This document shows positions 42,965-61,769 of a stretch of 64,000 bases of DNA, one piece after another. The notes under the pieces are model-generated. The model was not told where the DNA came from and made no database searches. It worked only from the letters and a program-made list of their open reading frames with translations. The position numbers and the translations under genes are program-made. The stretch is from the NCBI RefSeq assembly GCF_009914755.1, contig NC_060943.1. One strand, given 5' to 3'. This stretch comes from the human T2T-CHM13v2.0 reference genome, Homo sapiens. The first letter of the stretch is position 1. The number at the start of each line of letters is the position of its first letter.

Positions 42965-44000
42965 TCAAAAAAAAAAAAAAAAAAAAAGAAAGAAAGAAAG
43001 AAATCCATTGCAATTGAAGAAAAATAAGTAAAAGTTGCTGTTTGTGGATCATACATCTTACATTTTAAAAACCATAAACAGTACATTAAAACCTGTCTAA
43101 ACTAATGAATACACTGAGTAAATTAGCAAAATATAAAATTAACACACAAGTACATGTATTGTTTCATACGCTTAAAACAAACTATCTGATAAAATAGAGG
43201 AAGAAAAAATCTTATTTAATATAGCATTAAATAATAAATTTCTGAGAAAAAAATTAACCAAGAAGGTAAGAAAATGTTTACAATAAAAAAATGAAAAAAT
43301 TAGAAGATCCAAACAAATTTTAAAATATTTTATGTCTAGGGATTGAAAGAATAAATATTATTAAAGTTTCATATTATCCAAAGTGATCTATAGATTGCAT
43401 AAACGTCCTGTCAAAATTGCAGTGTTTTTTTTTTACAGAAATGGAAAATACAATTCTAAAATTTACATGAAAATAAACTCTGAATAGCCAAAGCAATCTT
43501 GAAAAAAAAAAAGAACAAAGCAGAAGGATATCATACGTATAATTTCAAACTATATTTCAAGACTATAATAGTAATAAAAATAGAAAGGACTACATAGAAA
43601 AATAAACAAAAAAATTGGACAGAAACTACTACTCTCACACATCAGACCTGATGCAAAAAGAGAAATAATTCTCAAAATCATGCAGATATTTGTGTGTCCC
43701 CAAAACAATGAAAAAGCAGCCAGACTGTGCAGTATTTTATATGCCATGAAGAGGACTCTGGCTCTCACTGTGAACTTGAAGGGAGCTCACCGAAAGAAAA
43801 GTAGAATTTTTACAGAATTTAAAAGCATAAGCAGAAGATGCCCCTTTATAAGAGCAAAATTTAAAAAAGAAAAAAAAAAAAAAAACAGCTCCCAGGAACT
43901 ATTTTCTTTGGAGCACAGCTTCCCAAATCACACTTTAAGGACTGGCTTTCTCTTTGACTTTGGGACCTCTTATCTGTGTCGTCTGCTATATTCATTTTCA

Positions 44001-44141
<141 letters not shown>

Positions 44142-44287
44142 TCATATTCTCCAATTACAAGCTAGTAATGTGCTCGCAAAGACAATGTAATAAAATATTA
44201 TAGTAAATTAATACCAAAATACAAATTTATAACAGAAATTTCTAAATATTTAGAAAATACTTTAAATTTGCCAGGTGCAGTTACTCA

Positions 44288-44590
<303 letters not shown>

Positions 44591-45225
44591 TCAATTTGTA
44601 GGTTTCTTAATTTTCCTTCCTGGTACTACTGAATCAAAAATTGGTGGTGGCATTTAGATTTTCAGGTGGAAGCTACAATAGTTTATGTCAGTAAATTTCT
44701 GGAATTACCACTAATTTGGAGTGAAGATTACAGCTCACCTCACAAATATGGAAAATTTGGATTAAGATGAAACATCTTGAAGAAATTTTTTTCTTTTCTT
44801 TTTTTTTCCCCTTGAGACAAAATCTTGCTCTGTTGCCTGGGCTGGAGTGCAATGGCATTATTTCGACTCACTGCAACCTCCGCCTCCTGGGTTCAAGGTA
44901 TTCTCCTGCCTCACCTTCCCAATTAGCTGGGATTACAGGCATGTGCCACCATGCCCGGCTAATTTCTTGTACTTTTAGTAGAAATGGGGTTTCACCATGT
45001 TGGCCAGGCTGATCTTGAACTCCTAGCCTCAGGTAATACCCCCACCTCAGCCTCCCAAAGTGCTGGGATTACAGGCATGAGGCACCAAAGAAATTATTTT
45101 CTAAATGAACAAATTCTGAAGATTTTCTTGAAAAAGTGGATCTGAAACTCTTTTATAAAAGAATAAATTACTAAAAAAATTCTACAAGAGAGAGAAATAA
45201 AGTCTTTTGTGTATATTATGAATTA

Positions 45226-45510
<285 letters not shown>

Positions 45511-46418
45511 TCAACACAGAAATATTCTCTAAAGTATTCTCTGAGAAAAAAGAACAGCATAAGATCCACAACATCAGTTCATGTATTTTTCTAGATAGTA
45601 AAGTGTAAAATTAAGGGTATGAACACGAACATGTACATTTTTGAGTGCTATGTTTACATCATATGGAATGAGCTGTGAATATTTTTCAGATGACAAAGAC
45701 ATGTTGAGTTTAGAAGGCACCTCTAAAATTTAAATATATACAATAAGTTGAAGACCTTGTTATGCAGGGTTTTTTTCCAGAAGATCTGGAATAAAGTTTG
45801 ATTTTTTGAATTTCTAACAAGCTCACCAATGATGTCAATGTTTTTGGCCCAAGAAGGATATTTTGTCAAACATCCAGTAAGTGGAAGAGCCTGTTTTTCC
45901 CAGTTTTTCTGGCCTGTAAACAAAGATAAGAGTCTTCATTTTCCAAAGAAAAATATGTAGAAAAAATTAAGAAAAAAGGACAACTGCCAGATTAAATGTG
46001 GTGGTTTATTCACATCAGCTGCATAAAGATACTTAATAATGAAGAGAAAAATAATCAGCTACATAGTGAAAAATATCTGTCACAGAGCTATTTAAGCAAG
46101 TGAATCATTAACCATTAACTTCACTAGAAGAAATTTTTATGTTGTGCTAATGCACATAGAAGAACACAGCATCACTGTTGAAATATTCCTCTTTTAAAAA
46201 AGTAAATAAAATCTGATTCAATCATAAAGAACCATCAGTTTTATGCAAACCTCAAAATACAGATAACTCCTGTGTTCTGTAATTTTTAGTAGTAATTTTA
46301 AATAGACTTCATTTAGCACCCTAAAGAGCAGGTATGTCCTAATAAGTTTTTTCAGAACTTTCTGGGTAATAAATGGCATCCCATTTAAATAAGCATTTCT
46401 TTTTTTTTTTTTTTTTGA

Positions 46419-46703
<285 letters not shown>

Positions 46704-49700
46704 TAAGGAATTTCTTTTCTTTTCTTTTCTTTTTTTTGATATGGAAAATCACTCTGTTGCCCAGGCTGGAGTGCAGTGGCGCAACCTTGGCTCACTGCAA
46801 CCTCTGCTTCCCAGGTTCAAGCTATTCTGCTGCCTCAGCCTCCTGAGGAGCTGGGATTGCAGGCACCCACTGCCATGCCTGGCTAATTTTTTGCATTTTT
46901 AATAGAGACGGGGTTTCACTGTGTTAGCCAGGATGGTCTCAATCTCCTGACCTCGGGATCTGCCCGCTTCAGCCTCCCAAAGTGCTGGGATTACAGGCAT
47001 GAGCCACTGCACCCGGCCAATAAGCAATTTCTTAATCCTGTTCGGCATACAGCTAATGGAACACACTAATGGAGCCTCAACATTACATGTTCTCCATCTT
47101 TACTAAGGACCACAGTTTTCCCCAATAGAACATGAGAAGTTATGATGTAGAGAATGAAGAAAAGGCTCTGGGATACAGCAAAGAAACATTTTTCAGACAC
47201 CTTTGACTATCGTAAGAATTTTAAGAAGTACTTAAACCAAACTCCTTAGGGAGGAGAAACACAAGTAGAGAAGTAAAGGTTTGTGAGTACTAAACGCATG
47301 GCAGTCCAGAAGGCAGAGTGGACACAGCTTTTCAGCTGAGGCACGTTTACCTAAAGAAAAGCCTTTTTTTTTTGTTCTCCTATCTCCTCCTTCACTGGAA
47401 TTCCTTCTCAGATGAGATTCTTTGGACAAATTACACCTGAATCTTGAGAATATGCCTTTAAAGGTGTCAGTACCACAAGTATACCTGCTAGCATGACATC
47501 AACTGGCAGAAAAAGACAGAAAAATCCACCCATTTCTGTCCTTTAAAACAGAAGAGGTTCAGGAAAAATGAGCTGCTCCATAAAGATGAAAATATAAGTT
47601 TCTCCTTTCCTGTCCTCAGGGGCCCTCCCCTACCACAGACACCATCCATTTCTGCTACAGTAATGGAAATATGTGCCACTGACCTGTCCCTACCAAACCC
47701 AAACAGAACAGACCCTGTGGCCACCCTTTAGTGCAAAGGTGGAACTTAACGCTCATGAATGTATTTTGCAGCCTTCATACCTGATTCTGGCCTCACCTTA
47801 CAGTCACATAAGGCCCTTCGTTAAAACAACATGGATGCTTCCACCCAGAACAATAAACAGAAGCTGTGGGGAGGGCACAAGAGATTTCTGCAAATTGGCC
47901 ATGTGATCCTAATGAGAGGCCTGGGCTGATAACCACTAAGCTAAGCATTGCCTCTCAAGCTTTAACGAGCTAAGCTAAGCATTGCCTCTCAAGCTTTAAC
48001 GAGCTTATAATTCACTTGGTAATTTTAGCTCCACTTTATGTAATGTGATTCTGCAGGTTTGAAAAGGGTCCATGAATGGGTGTTTCAAAAACAAGTTCCC
48101 TGTCAATGCTGATGTTGCTCCCCATTGGCTCATTATTACCATTAGTCAGAGAAGCAGTCACAGCACATAGTCCCTTATACTTAGCACTCTTGTCACAACC
48201 AAATACTTCTCATACAAACAAGGACAACCCATCTCCATCCTAAAGTTTTATATTATTTGATGGCTCTTTAAAGTTTACAGAGGAAACAAGGCAGCAATGT
48301 CTGAATAAGTCTGTTTTTAAAAAACAACATGTACACATGTACTAATGCACTGTTTGTTAAACAGGTACTATGTGCACAATAGTATGATACAGAGCACTGT
48401 GCTGGGTATAACACATTAGGTGATTTAATTCTCATAACACCCGGGGAGCTGGTACTAAGGGTTTAATAGTTTTCAAGATTTAGTTAAAGGGCCCAGCATT
48501 TTTATTTCTTCTTCTGTTTCTCTCTCATCAATTTTTTAAAATTGTACAGAATAAAAGCTAAATATAGCCAGATGAAAGAGATAGAAAGAAAGAGGTTAAT
48601 GTAGTTTAGACAATTTTATTCTGTTTATATTTACTTTTTTGTGACTTATGGAGCAACTACTGGATCTGCAGGAATAGAAAACAAGTTTCTAAATAAATGT
48701 CTCCGCAAGCACTGGTTTTAATAGAAGATTAAAAAACTAGGACCCTAAAATACATACTTTATTTATCCCATTTATCTGTTTGTGGTTTCAGGAAATTGTG
48801 AGCACCAGCTCTAGAAAGGCAGCAGGATTCACCAGCCAAAACTTTGATCTCTTCTAATCAGTTATCTGAAGCAAGACTACAAGATAGGGTCAGACCTAAA
48901 TAAGGCCTCCAAAAAGGGTGAATCTGAACAGGTCTGGGTCTGGCTCAGGGTGAGGACCCTATGTAAAATTCTGCTCTCTATGTCACTGCAGTACTACCAG
49001 TTTTGTTTTTTCTAAGCTTACCTAAAAAAAAAAAAAAAAAAGAAAACTTAAATCCCAGAGTTTCTGTAATTTTAGTATTTTCTAGCCACTGCCCTGTCAA
49101 CTTTGTACTACATTCTAATACGCAATTTAAACAAATCCTTTAAGGTTTTCTAGGGTAATTTTTTTTTTTTTTGAGATGCAGTCTCGCTCTGTCACACAGG
49201 CTGGTGTGCAGTGGTGCCATCTCTGCTCACTACAGCCTCTGCCTCCAGGGTTCAAGTGATTCTTCTCTCTCAGCCTCCTGAGTAGCTGGAACTACAGGTG
49301 CATGCCACCACGCCCAGCTAATTTTTGTATTATTAGTAGAGACAGCATTTCACCATATTAGCCAGGCTGGTCCCAAACTCCTGACCTTGTGATCCACCTG
49401 CCTCGGCCCCACAAAGTGCTGGGATTACAGGCATGAGCAACCACGCCCAGCTTTTCTAGGGTAATTTTATTAGAAAATAAATATGTACATGTAGCAAGGT
49501 AAAAGAAATAGAAATTATATGGCCAGGAGTGGTGGCTGATGCCCATAATCCCAGCACTTTGGGAGGATGATGTGGGTGGATCACGACCTCAGGATTTCGA
49601 GACCAGCTTGACCAGATGGTGAAACCCCATCTCTACTAAATATACAAAAATTAAAAAAAAGATATATATAAATTAGCTGGGCACGGTGGCTGGCACCTGT

Positions 49701-50384
49701 AATCCCAGCTACTCAGGAGCCTGAAGCAGGAGAATCGCTTGAACCAGGGCAGCAGAGGGCAGCAGTGAGCCAAGATCACACCACTGCACTCCAGCCTGGG
49801 TGACAGAGACTCCGTCTCAAAAAAAAAAAAAGAACCTATAATAACAATTCTTCTGTTCATAAATATGCCTTCAGATGTAGACATCAGAAGTCTCAAAAAT
49901 ATAAAGAAAGTGGCCTAAATAAAGCCCAAGGTGTTGGACACATCTATGTATTGCACCAACCATATGATGCACAATTCAATTATTTATCCAGTTGCTAGTC
50001 TAGACTAAAAGCTTCTGGATTGTAGGAAAAAAGACTGCTGCATAGTTTTTTTTTAATGGCCATATAAAATGGAAGCAACTAGTTTATCCATTTGGGTCTC
50101 CAGATCTTTTCCTTCTTTACCATCCAAGTACTAGGAAACTGGAGAAACTCTCATCTGGGTACCAACCAAAGACACCTCTTGTATGAGGGGATGAAAAAAC
50201 ACAGGATGACTCATTTCCCTTACACTGAGACAGAAGCAGAATTAACCACTCTTATCAGCCTAACACAATTCTGCTCTGAACATCCTCAAATGCCTCAAAG
50301 ACACCCAGGTGATTGTGAGGGTATTTCCAGTGACCCTGGGCTGATGGCCCAATGATAAGCCAGGCTAGAGAGACTCAGGCTGAA

Positions 50385-52610
<2,226 letters not shown>

Positions 52611-53139
52611 TAAATCCCTGGGTGGGAGAGATTGCAATGTAGGTGAGAGGACTGATTTTTGCTACAGATAGTTGTCCTGGTGCAGCTGTACTCTGATTTA
52701 TTACTGTGTGCATGCAGACATATGAGATTATGAACAGCTGATTCAAAATGCTAGGTTGGTGGAGAAAACAGGTTGCTGCTGCAGATTTAGTGTCTGGGGG
52801 TGGGGATACGCCAGGAGACTTGTAGAGACTTGTGGGTTCTTGGCAAGAAACACTAGGATCAAAAACGCCGTGGTGAAGGTCCTGAGGGTGGTGCCTACTC
52901 CTGGGAGGAGGGTGGACATGTCAATGTCTAGTGTGTGTGTTTGTGAGTGGGTGGGAATCCTGTGGTGGCAGCTGTGGGAAAAGGGGGTCTGTCATCAGAG
53001 CTCCTTTCTTCTAAGTTTTCAGTCCTCTGTCACCCTGGGAGAATACCTGGAATCACAGGACAATGGGCAGTGTGACAGCCTGTGACCAGACAGCAGAGCT
53101 CCCATTCCCAAACACCTAGAGTTTTATTCCAGGCCAGAC

Positions 53140-53520
53140 TTCTGTGATATCTTTTTCCTGGCACCGAATCTGTAGAGTTTGCTGAACATTAAACAATTCT
53201 CCAACACCAACTCATTGTCTAACATTTGAATTCTGACACCACCGAGAGTCAACACAGACCCTGATTCAGGGCTCAGTCCCACAACACTGTCCTCACTGCA
53301 GATGCCAATCACAAACCCCATGGGCTTATCTATGCTTCTGAGCTACTGTTTAAAAACTGGGGAGTCCCATAACCTCCCTGAAGTTCAATAATTTGGTAGA
53401 GCTACTCACAGAACTCAGCAAACCACTGCAGTGATGTTTAACAGTTTAATATATAAGATGCAGCCCAGGAAAAGCCAAATGGAAGAAATGCACAGAACGA
53501 ATAAAAGAGATGGGGAAAGA
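53140..53520 (-). mobile_element. Old LTR fragment, MER21-like
   Basis: Resembles the recalled MER21-family consensus (CAATTCTCCAACACCAACT...GGGCTCAGTCCCACAA...GAGCTACTCACAGAACTCAG). Confidence 0.5.
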
Positions 53521-53698
53521 TGAAACACACAGATAATCCTGGAAAATATTTGTGATTAATAAAATTCTCCATCTTTTGTGTGCTCCAGGAACAGTTTATG
53601 GAAAGAAACACTGTTCCCATTATGACTTAGTGCTCTCTTTTCTTATCTATCACACAGGCACACACACACACTGCACATTTTCTCCTTTTTCTCATTAA

Positions 53699-53924
<226 letters not shown>

Positions 53925-54078
53925 TAGAGTGCACTGGTGTGATCTCGGCTCACCACAAACTTTCAAGCCATTTCCCAGGTTCAAGCCATTCTCCTGCCTC
54001 AGCCTCATGAGTAGGTGGGATTACAGGCATGCACCACAATACCTGATTTTTCTTTTTCTTTTTTTTTTTCTGTAGTAG

Positions 54079-54285
<207 letters not shown>

Positions 54286-54656
54286 TAGCCTAAAATAAAA
54301 TATCCCTTAATCGAACTCTTCTTAAGCTTATCTCCCTCCCTCAGGCTCCTGAACTTTGAGCTACCCTCAGTCTGAGTCAGCATACAACCCTATTTTATGT
54401 CCCTCCTAAGAACATGCTGATTTCAGGGTAAGACATCCTCTGATCTAAAATATGACTTTTTCACTCTCCGTTTGCCATTCACCTCCCACCTCCTTTCTAA
54501 TCTTGTTTGCTCCTCCCTAAAAAAGAAAGCCCTTTTCTGCTTACATCTTTGCAAGCCATAAAGATCTTAAATTAGTTGGTATTTTCTGCTGTTGCAATTT
54601 TTTTTGGAATTCATTTTTTTAACATAAATTAATATTTTTTATTTTACAAAGTGTAG

Positions 54657-55019
<363 letters not shown>

Positions 55020-55324
55020 AGTTTCCTTTCATCTTAACCTCAGCTGCATCTGCCTGTGGGGCCCCAGCTTTCCAGGGCTCTGTAGCTTCTCTCAGGATAA
55101 AGCCTCCTTCTATGGCTGGGGTGAGCAGGCTGGGACATGTGCAGGGGAGGCTCCCCAGAAAAAAACTGAGTCTTTAGTAACATCCTGTTGCAGGCTTAAT
55201 ATCAGCCTTAGCTTGGAGTCACTAGGTTCAAGCTTTGATTTCCATGTCAGAGTTATTTACTTGGTTTTTGAAACTAAGTGTTAGAAAAATCCAGGGAAAT
55301 TACTCAAACACAGTGTTTACATAA

Positions 55325-55661
<337 letters not shown>

Positions 55662-55854
55662 TAAGAAAAGTAAATATATCTACTTCTTTCAGAAAATATA
55701 TGTATTATTTTATTATTTATCTTAAAAATAAGTAGGCCTGGTGCGGCAAATCATGCTTGTAATCCCAGCACTTTGGAGGGCCGAGGCAGGTAGATCACGA
55801 TGTCAGAAGATCACGACCATTTTGGCCAACATGTTGAAACCCCCTCTCTACTTA

Positions 55855-56057
<203 letters not shown>

Positions 56058-57490
56058 TCATATGGGAACACTTCTAGAAGGTACCATGTTTCATCACATA
56101 TAATTTAGCATTTAACTCAGAACTCAACAGGATATAGAACTGAGATATTCACTGTCACAAATTTCCCCTGCAAAAAGAGGAACTAATGTGTTGACGAATC
56201 TATGTAACTCATCAATTATCTACCACATTTTCCTGTGGAAATATATTCATTGTCTACAGCCAAAATGGAAGAGAGATTTTCCCTATTTTTTTCCTTGGTA
56301 ACTAGCATTCCTGGCTAACATACTGAAACTCCATCTCTACTAAAAATACAAAAATTAGCTGGGCGTGGTGTCGCGTGCCCATAGCCCCAACTACTCCAGA
56401 GGCTGAAGCAGAAGAATGCTTGAACCTGAGAGGCGGAGGTTGCAGTGAGCCGAGATCTGACACTGCACTCCAGCTCTGGCGACAGAGCGAGACTCCGTCT
56501 CAAAAAAAAAAAAAATAAAAATAATAAATTGAGGAACATGGGGTACACTTGAGGCCTTGCTTGAGACACATGTGGAAAATGCCAGGGAAAATCAGTCCGC
56601 TGTGGCGTGTGAAAATAATTAAGTGGCAGGCAATTAGACTGAAGAAGCTCTAGTCCCTGGATTTCTACCTCAAAAAAAAAAAATCTAAGCTCGTGCATTT
56701 TTTGGGAAATTACTACATTAGGGGAAACAAAATTCAGGCTTAAGCAACTATAAACTGCCAATTAAACTGTAATTACATAACCAGGAATTTTTTTTTTTTT
56801 TTTTTGAGACGGAGTCTCACTGTCGCGCAGGCTGGAGTGCAGTGGCAAGATCTCAGCTCACTGCAACATCCACCTCCGGAGTTCAAGCGATTCTCTCACT
56901 TCTGCCTCCCGAGAAGCTGTGATTACAGACATCTGTCATCACACCCAGCTAATTTTTGCATTTTTAGTAGACATGGGGTTTCCCCATTTGGGCCAGGCTT
57001 ATCTTGAAGTCCTGACCTCAAGTTATCCGCCTGCCTCGGCCTCCCAAAGTGCTGGGATTACAGGCGTGAACGACTGCGCCCGGCCCCATAAATTTTGAAT
57101 AGCAGAAAACAGAAACTGTGAACTCCACGGACCAAAGCTCTTCCCATTCATGAACCTGCACCCCGAGTCAGGATTCTCCCCTGACGACCCTCTGGTGGTC
57201 CCTGCACATTCTGGGAGAGACGGGAGGCTGCGGTTGCAGAGCTGCCCACGGAGCGCTCCAGGCCAGAGCACAGTCACTACGCAGGGAAGACACAGGACGC
57301 CAGGGGGCCCGGCTGTCAGCGTAGCCGCCAAATTATGGCTGAACGGGACTGAGGCCGAGCTGGGCAAGGAGAACTCAGGGTGCAGATTGTGGAGCTGACT
57401 GCGCAGAGGCCTGAGTCCCGCCACAGCCACTTCCCACCGGTTCCAACCAGCCTATCCCCCTCTCTCGGGATGTCGGACCGGCACTCTCAC

Positions 57491-57493
57491 CAT
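57491..57493 (-). CDS. ZNF737: KRAB-ZNF coding exon 1 (start ATG only)
   Basis: Minus strand reads ...CCTAGAAATG|GTGAGA. An ATG followed directly by a GT donor is the standard first-exon layout of ZNF91-subfamily genes, here in a CpG-rich region. Confidence 0.88.
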
Positions 57494-57750
57494 TTCTAGG
57501 CTTCCAGGGGCTCCCGGGCGTCTTAGCTGTGGATCTCCCAATACCTGCAGGACACAGGGCCACAGAGGATGGGCCTCTAGGAGCAGAGGACACACAGCAG
57601 TGAAGACAAGACCTGGAGCTCCGGCTGCAGAGACAAAGGCCCCGCAAAACCCGGAAGCCTTCCGCTTCACTCTGGCTGCGTGCCTGATTGGACGGCTTCC
57701 AGCCCAGCGTCCCTGATTGGATAATGCTTAAATCCCCGCCCCCTCAGGCC
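57494..57750 (-). promoter_or_regulatory. 5' UTR and core promoter of the ZNF gene: two CCAAT boxes, a GC box and an ETS-like site
   Basis: ATTGG at 57687-57691 and 57716-57720 (CCAAT on the gene strand), CCCCGCCCCC at 57734-57743, CCGGAAG at ~57651. CpG-rich from ~57130 to 57750. Confidence 0.75.
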
Positions 57751-58459
57751 CTGAGTGACAGAAGATATGATCAGATGCTGGGTTAAGTGAACAAAGAGTG
57801 CCAGCCTAAGCAGCTGGCTTTTCAAACAGTGCTTCCTCCCTGAGCTGAGCCAGGCCCACCCCAGAGCATGGGAATATTTTATCTCTTGTTTACTCTCTTT
57901 CTTGTTGAATGTATTAAAAAGGTGAACAGAAGTATTTTGCTGTCATTAATAATACATAAAATTTTTGTTCAACAGAAAATCAACTTTTACTTTGGTAATG
58001 GTAAAATCTATTAAAGCTAATTTTAATAAAACCTTATAAATAAATCAAATTTGTCATTTTTGAGCACTCCAGATTTACATATATATTTTGTAATATCTCG
58101 TAATTTTAAAAAACTATTTATATTTTATTTTTATCCACATTCTTTTTATTTTTTCAATTTGAAACAATCTTTAATTTCCAACAGCTATAGGAGATAGAAA
58201 TCATTTAGAGGCAGGCACGGATAGTTCACGCTGGTAATTCCAACACTTTGGGAGGCCAAGGTGAGCAGATCACTTGAGGTCAGGAGTTCAAGACAAGCCT
58301 AGCCAACATGGTGAAACCCCATCTCTAATAATAACTAATAAATAATAATAATAACTAATAATATAAAAAGTTACCTGGGTGTGGGGGTGCACATCTGTAG
58401 TCCCAGCTACACCGGAGGCTGAGGCAGGAGAATCACTTGAAGCCAGGAGGCGGAGGTTG

Positions 58460-58527
58460 TGTAACAGCCCAAGGGGTTTATTTTACCCTTTGCCTAGACA
58501 GAGCCGATTCATCAAGACAGGGGAATT
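58460..58527 (-). mobile_element. LTR8-like terminal fragment that interrupts an Alu and is itself interrupted by the class III ERV
   Basis: TGTAACAGCCCAAGGGG...GCCTAGACAGAGCCGATTCATCAAGACAGGGGAATT begins abruptly within the Alu right arm. Confidence 0.55.
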
Positions 58528-60975
58528 TGTGGAGGAAAAGTCACATATTAAATCTGAACTCAATTGAATGTGGACACAAACAATTGTCACCAAGTCCCAG
58601 AACAGGTTGTGTGAGCCCCTGAGGTGTTCATCCAGCGCTGTATTGAAGAAATCTCTATTTCAATCTATTCCTATATATTAGTTGTTGAAAAACAATAGAC
58701 AATCACAAAAAAAGGTTGACCTTTTTGTGTTCCTTGAGGCAAGTCGTGAAGGGCTCTCATCACTGGGCCTTATGCCAAACAACTCGTTACAAAAGAGCTA
58801 AGGTCCCAGACCGCCCTGAAGCTTCATAAGACCTCTCCTTGTCTGTGTACGATGGACGGGTGGCTGACTCTAGAGCTGTGGCTGTTGCCTCCCTCTCTGG
58901 TGGTGAATCCCCCATAGTCTGGTGAGGGTAAATATATATATATATCTTTTCCCATTTCCTCTTCTTATTAAGATTGGCTTATTACATCAATCTGCTTATT
59001 ATATTTATTTGCTTATTATATCATTTGCTTATTATATTATTACTTTATTATGTCTGCATTGCCATTTACGTGGGATAAAAGTTGTTTACCCTTAATGGTA
59101 TTGTGTGTGTGTCTTTGTTTCTCCCCTCTCACATTTGCCTCACAGAACATTTTTGGCATCACAAATAGGATTTGAAAACAAAAGTGTACCCCTTTTTGAC
59201 TAGAAGGACAGGACTGGAGGGCTCAGGGACTTCCCATATCCTGGGATGGGAACTCCCCCAGTTCTCCCTCTTGGTGATTAAATGGTCAAGGGGAACTGGT
59301 TTTTGTGGGAATTGGGAATCTAAATTAGTGCAGTTTAAACCTTTGACTGTGCGGGAAGTGCTGCGGGGGATTCCAGTCAGCAAAGGAGATGCTGAGGGAT
59401 CTCCCGGAGTGGATGGTGTTTGCTTACTGCTTATAAGTTAATGTATCGTGATAGGGGCTGGTTGCTACAAGATAAATGTAAGCGGAAAAGGAAAATGCTA
59501 ATCTGACTTCCAGACTGGCCCAATGCCAGTCAATGTCTTGACTGATAAAGCTCAAAGCTATCAGCCTATCGCTGAAAAAAGCAGCTGTCCAGGTGGCCCA
59601 GTCAGGATAAAACTGAAGAACTAGTCAGCCGGGGCTTCGAGCAGGTAAAAACCCAGTTCCTATTTCAAAAATGGGAAATTAACCCTAGTAAAATTCAAGG
59701 ACCTGCACAAAGTATAAAATTCCTTGGCATTTTATGGAATGCAAATAAATAGTCCATTTTACCAAAGGCTAAGGCTAAAATACTAGATTTTGCAACCCCT
59801 ACCACTAATGTACTGGCTTGTTTGGTTTCTGGAGACATCATATTCCCCACTTGGGTAACATTTTACAACCTCTGCATGCAGCCACTAGAAAACGCTATGA
59901 CTTTCACTGGGGAGAGAAAGAGAGCATGGCCTTTGAACAAGCTAAACAAGCAGTGCAACTGGCCCTGGATCTATGGCCCATACGGGATGGGCCAGTAGAA
60001 CTGCAAGTAACTGTCCTAGATCAATATGCTAATTGGAGCCTTGGGCAGAAACAAGATGGGAAGAGGGTACTTTTCGGGATTTGGACCCAGAAACCACCAG
60101 AGGGACGAAAAGCTTATACCTCTTTCAAGAAGCAACTGTTAGCTTGCTATTGAGCTTTGCTGGAAATAGAACACCTATGCTTCAACCATGATGTTTTTAT
60201 GAGACCTGAAATTCCTATTATGACTTGAGACATGAGTTCCCCCAAAACCTACCAGATAGGGCACACCCAAGAAAGTAGCATCATATAATGGAAATGGCAC
60301 ATACAAAACCAGCCTAAGCCAAAACCAAAGAGGGTATCACTTTCACATGAGGATGGACAAAACTTGCCAGCTCAGGAAACACTGAACGAGTCCTGCAGAT
60401 AGAGAGGTAAACACCCCCCTCCCCAACCGCCCATCAAATGGGATCAGAAACATACTTGGTTTACTGATGGACCCACCAAATACATTGGTGGGACCCAATG
60501 CTGGAAGGCTGTGGCTTATAATCCTCTTAAATACATAAGCATTTCTGATGAAGGAAGGAGTGGGAGCATTCAGTTAGCTGAACTGGCAGCCATCCTCTGA
60601 GCTATTCAGGAGGAGACCAGAGGGATTTGTCACTTGTATACGAACTCTTGCTCAGTAGCAAATGGTCTTACCACATGGGTGCCCCAGTGGCAATGAAACA
60701 AATGGCTAATTGGGAATAAAGAGGTTTGGCGAGAACAATGCTGGTAAGGTATCTGAATCCTGGTGCACAACACATACCACTGTGTTCCATATTGTTTGTT
60801 GTTGTTGTTGGTTTTTTCCTAGCCCTGTCACCAAACTGAAGTGCAGTGGTGCAATCTCAGCTCACTACAACCTCTGCCGCCCGAGTTCATGCCATTCTCC
60901 TGCCTCAGCCTACCAAGTAGCTGGGATTACAGGCACGGGCTGCCACGCCCAGCTAATTTTTTTTTTTTTTTTTAG

Positions 60976-61077
<102 letters not shown>

Positions 61078-61360
61078 TGAGTAGCTGGGAATAGAGATGC
61101 GCACCACCATGCCCAGCTAATTTTTGTATTTTTAGTAAAGACGGGGTTCATCATGTTGGCCAGGATGGTCTCAATCTCTTGACCTCATGATCCACCCACC
61201 TCTGCCTCCCAAAGTGCTGGGATTACAGGCGTGAACCACTGTGCCCGGCCCTGTTTTCCATGTTGATGTTCATGCATCTCTGCTTTCTCTTGACAGACTA
61301 TTTAATCAGCAGGAAGATCAACAGGCAAAAATTTCCACCATAACTGCGATCTTGAATGTG

Positions 61361-61610
61361 GGTAAATGGATTACAACATGTTCAAGCCTTGCAATGAGAG
61401 GCATTATAGTGTATGGTGGTATAACTGATAGCGATTACCAGGGAGAGTTAAAGGTCATTTTATACAATAACACTCCAGATTCTTTTGCTATAAAACCACA
61501 GATGCTCGTTGCTCAATTGTTAGTGGTACCTTGTGAACAATTAACCCCTGAGGAAATCTTTGTCCAACAGAGTCTACATACAGAACTGGGGGATTCAGAT
61601 CCCCTGGTAC
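61361..61610 (+). pseudogene. Retroviral dUTPase remnant
   Basis: Motif II-like TCSSLA, motif III GGITDSDYQGELKV, motif IV VAQL, and frameshifted motif V YRTGGFRSPG (~61579-61608). Confidence 0.85.
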
Positions 61611-61769
61611 AGGTAGCTTAAATCCTGGAGTCAAAATATGGCTACAGCATCCCTCAGATCCCAACCCTAAGGCTGGTGACCTTGTAGCTATGAAAGCAGA
61701 AAAGGAAGGCATAGTACAATTTCCTAAAGATGAAAAACAATGTCATTTCCCCTCTGTTTTTGTTATTAC

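Noticed and set aside
47476-47493. Possible microexon in intron 1 (polypyrimidine-CAG ... CAG|GTATAC on the minus strand)
   Set aside because: Weak donor site and no supporting evidence from sequence alone.
57023-57670. ORFs across the promoter and first intron
   Set aside because: Expected stop-codon depletion in GC-rich DNA; only the ATG at 57491-57493 fits the spliced gene model.
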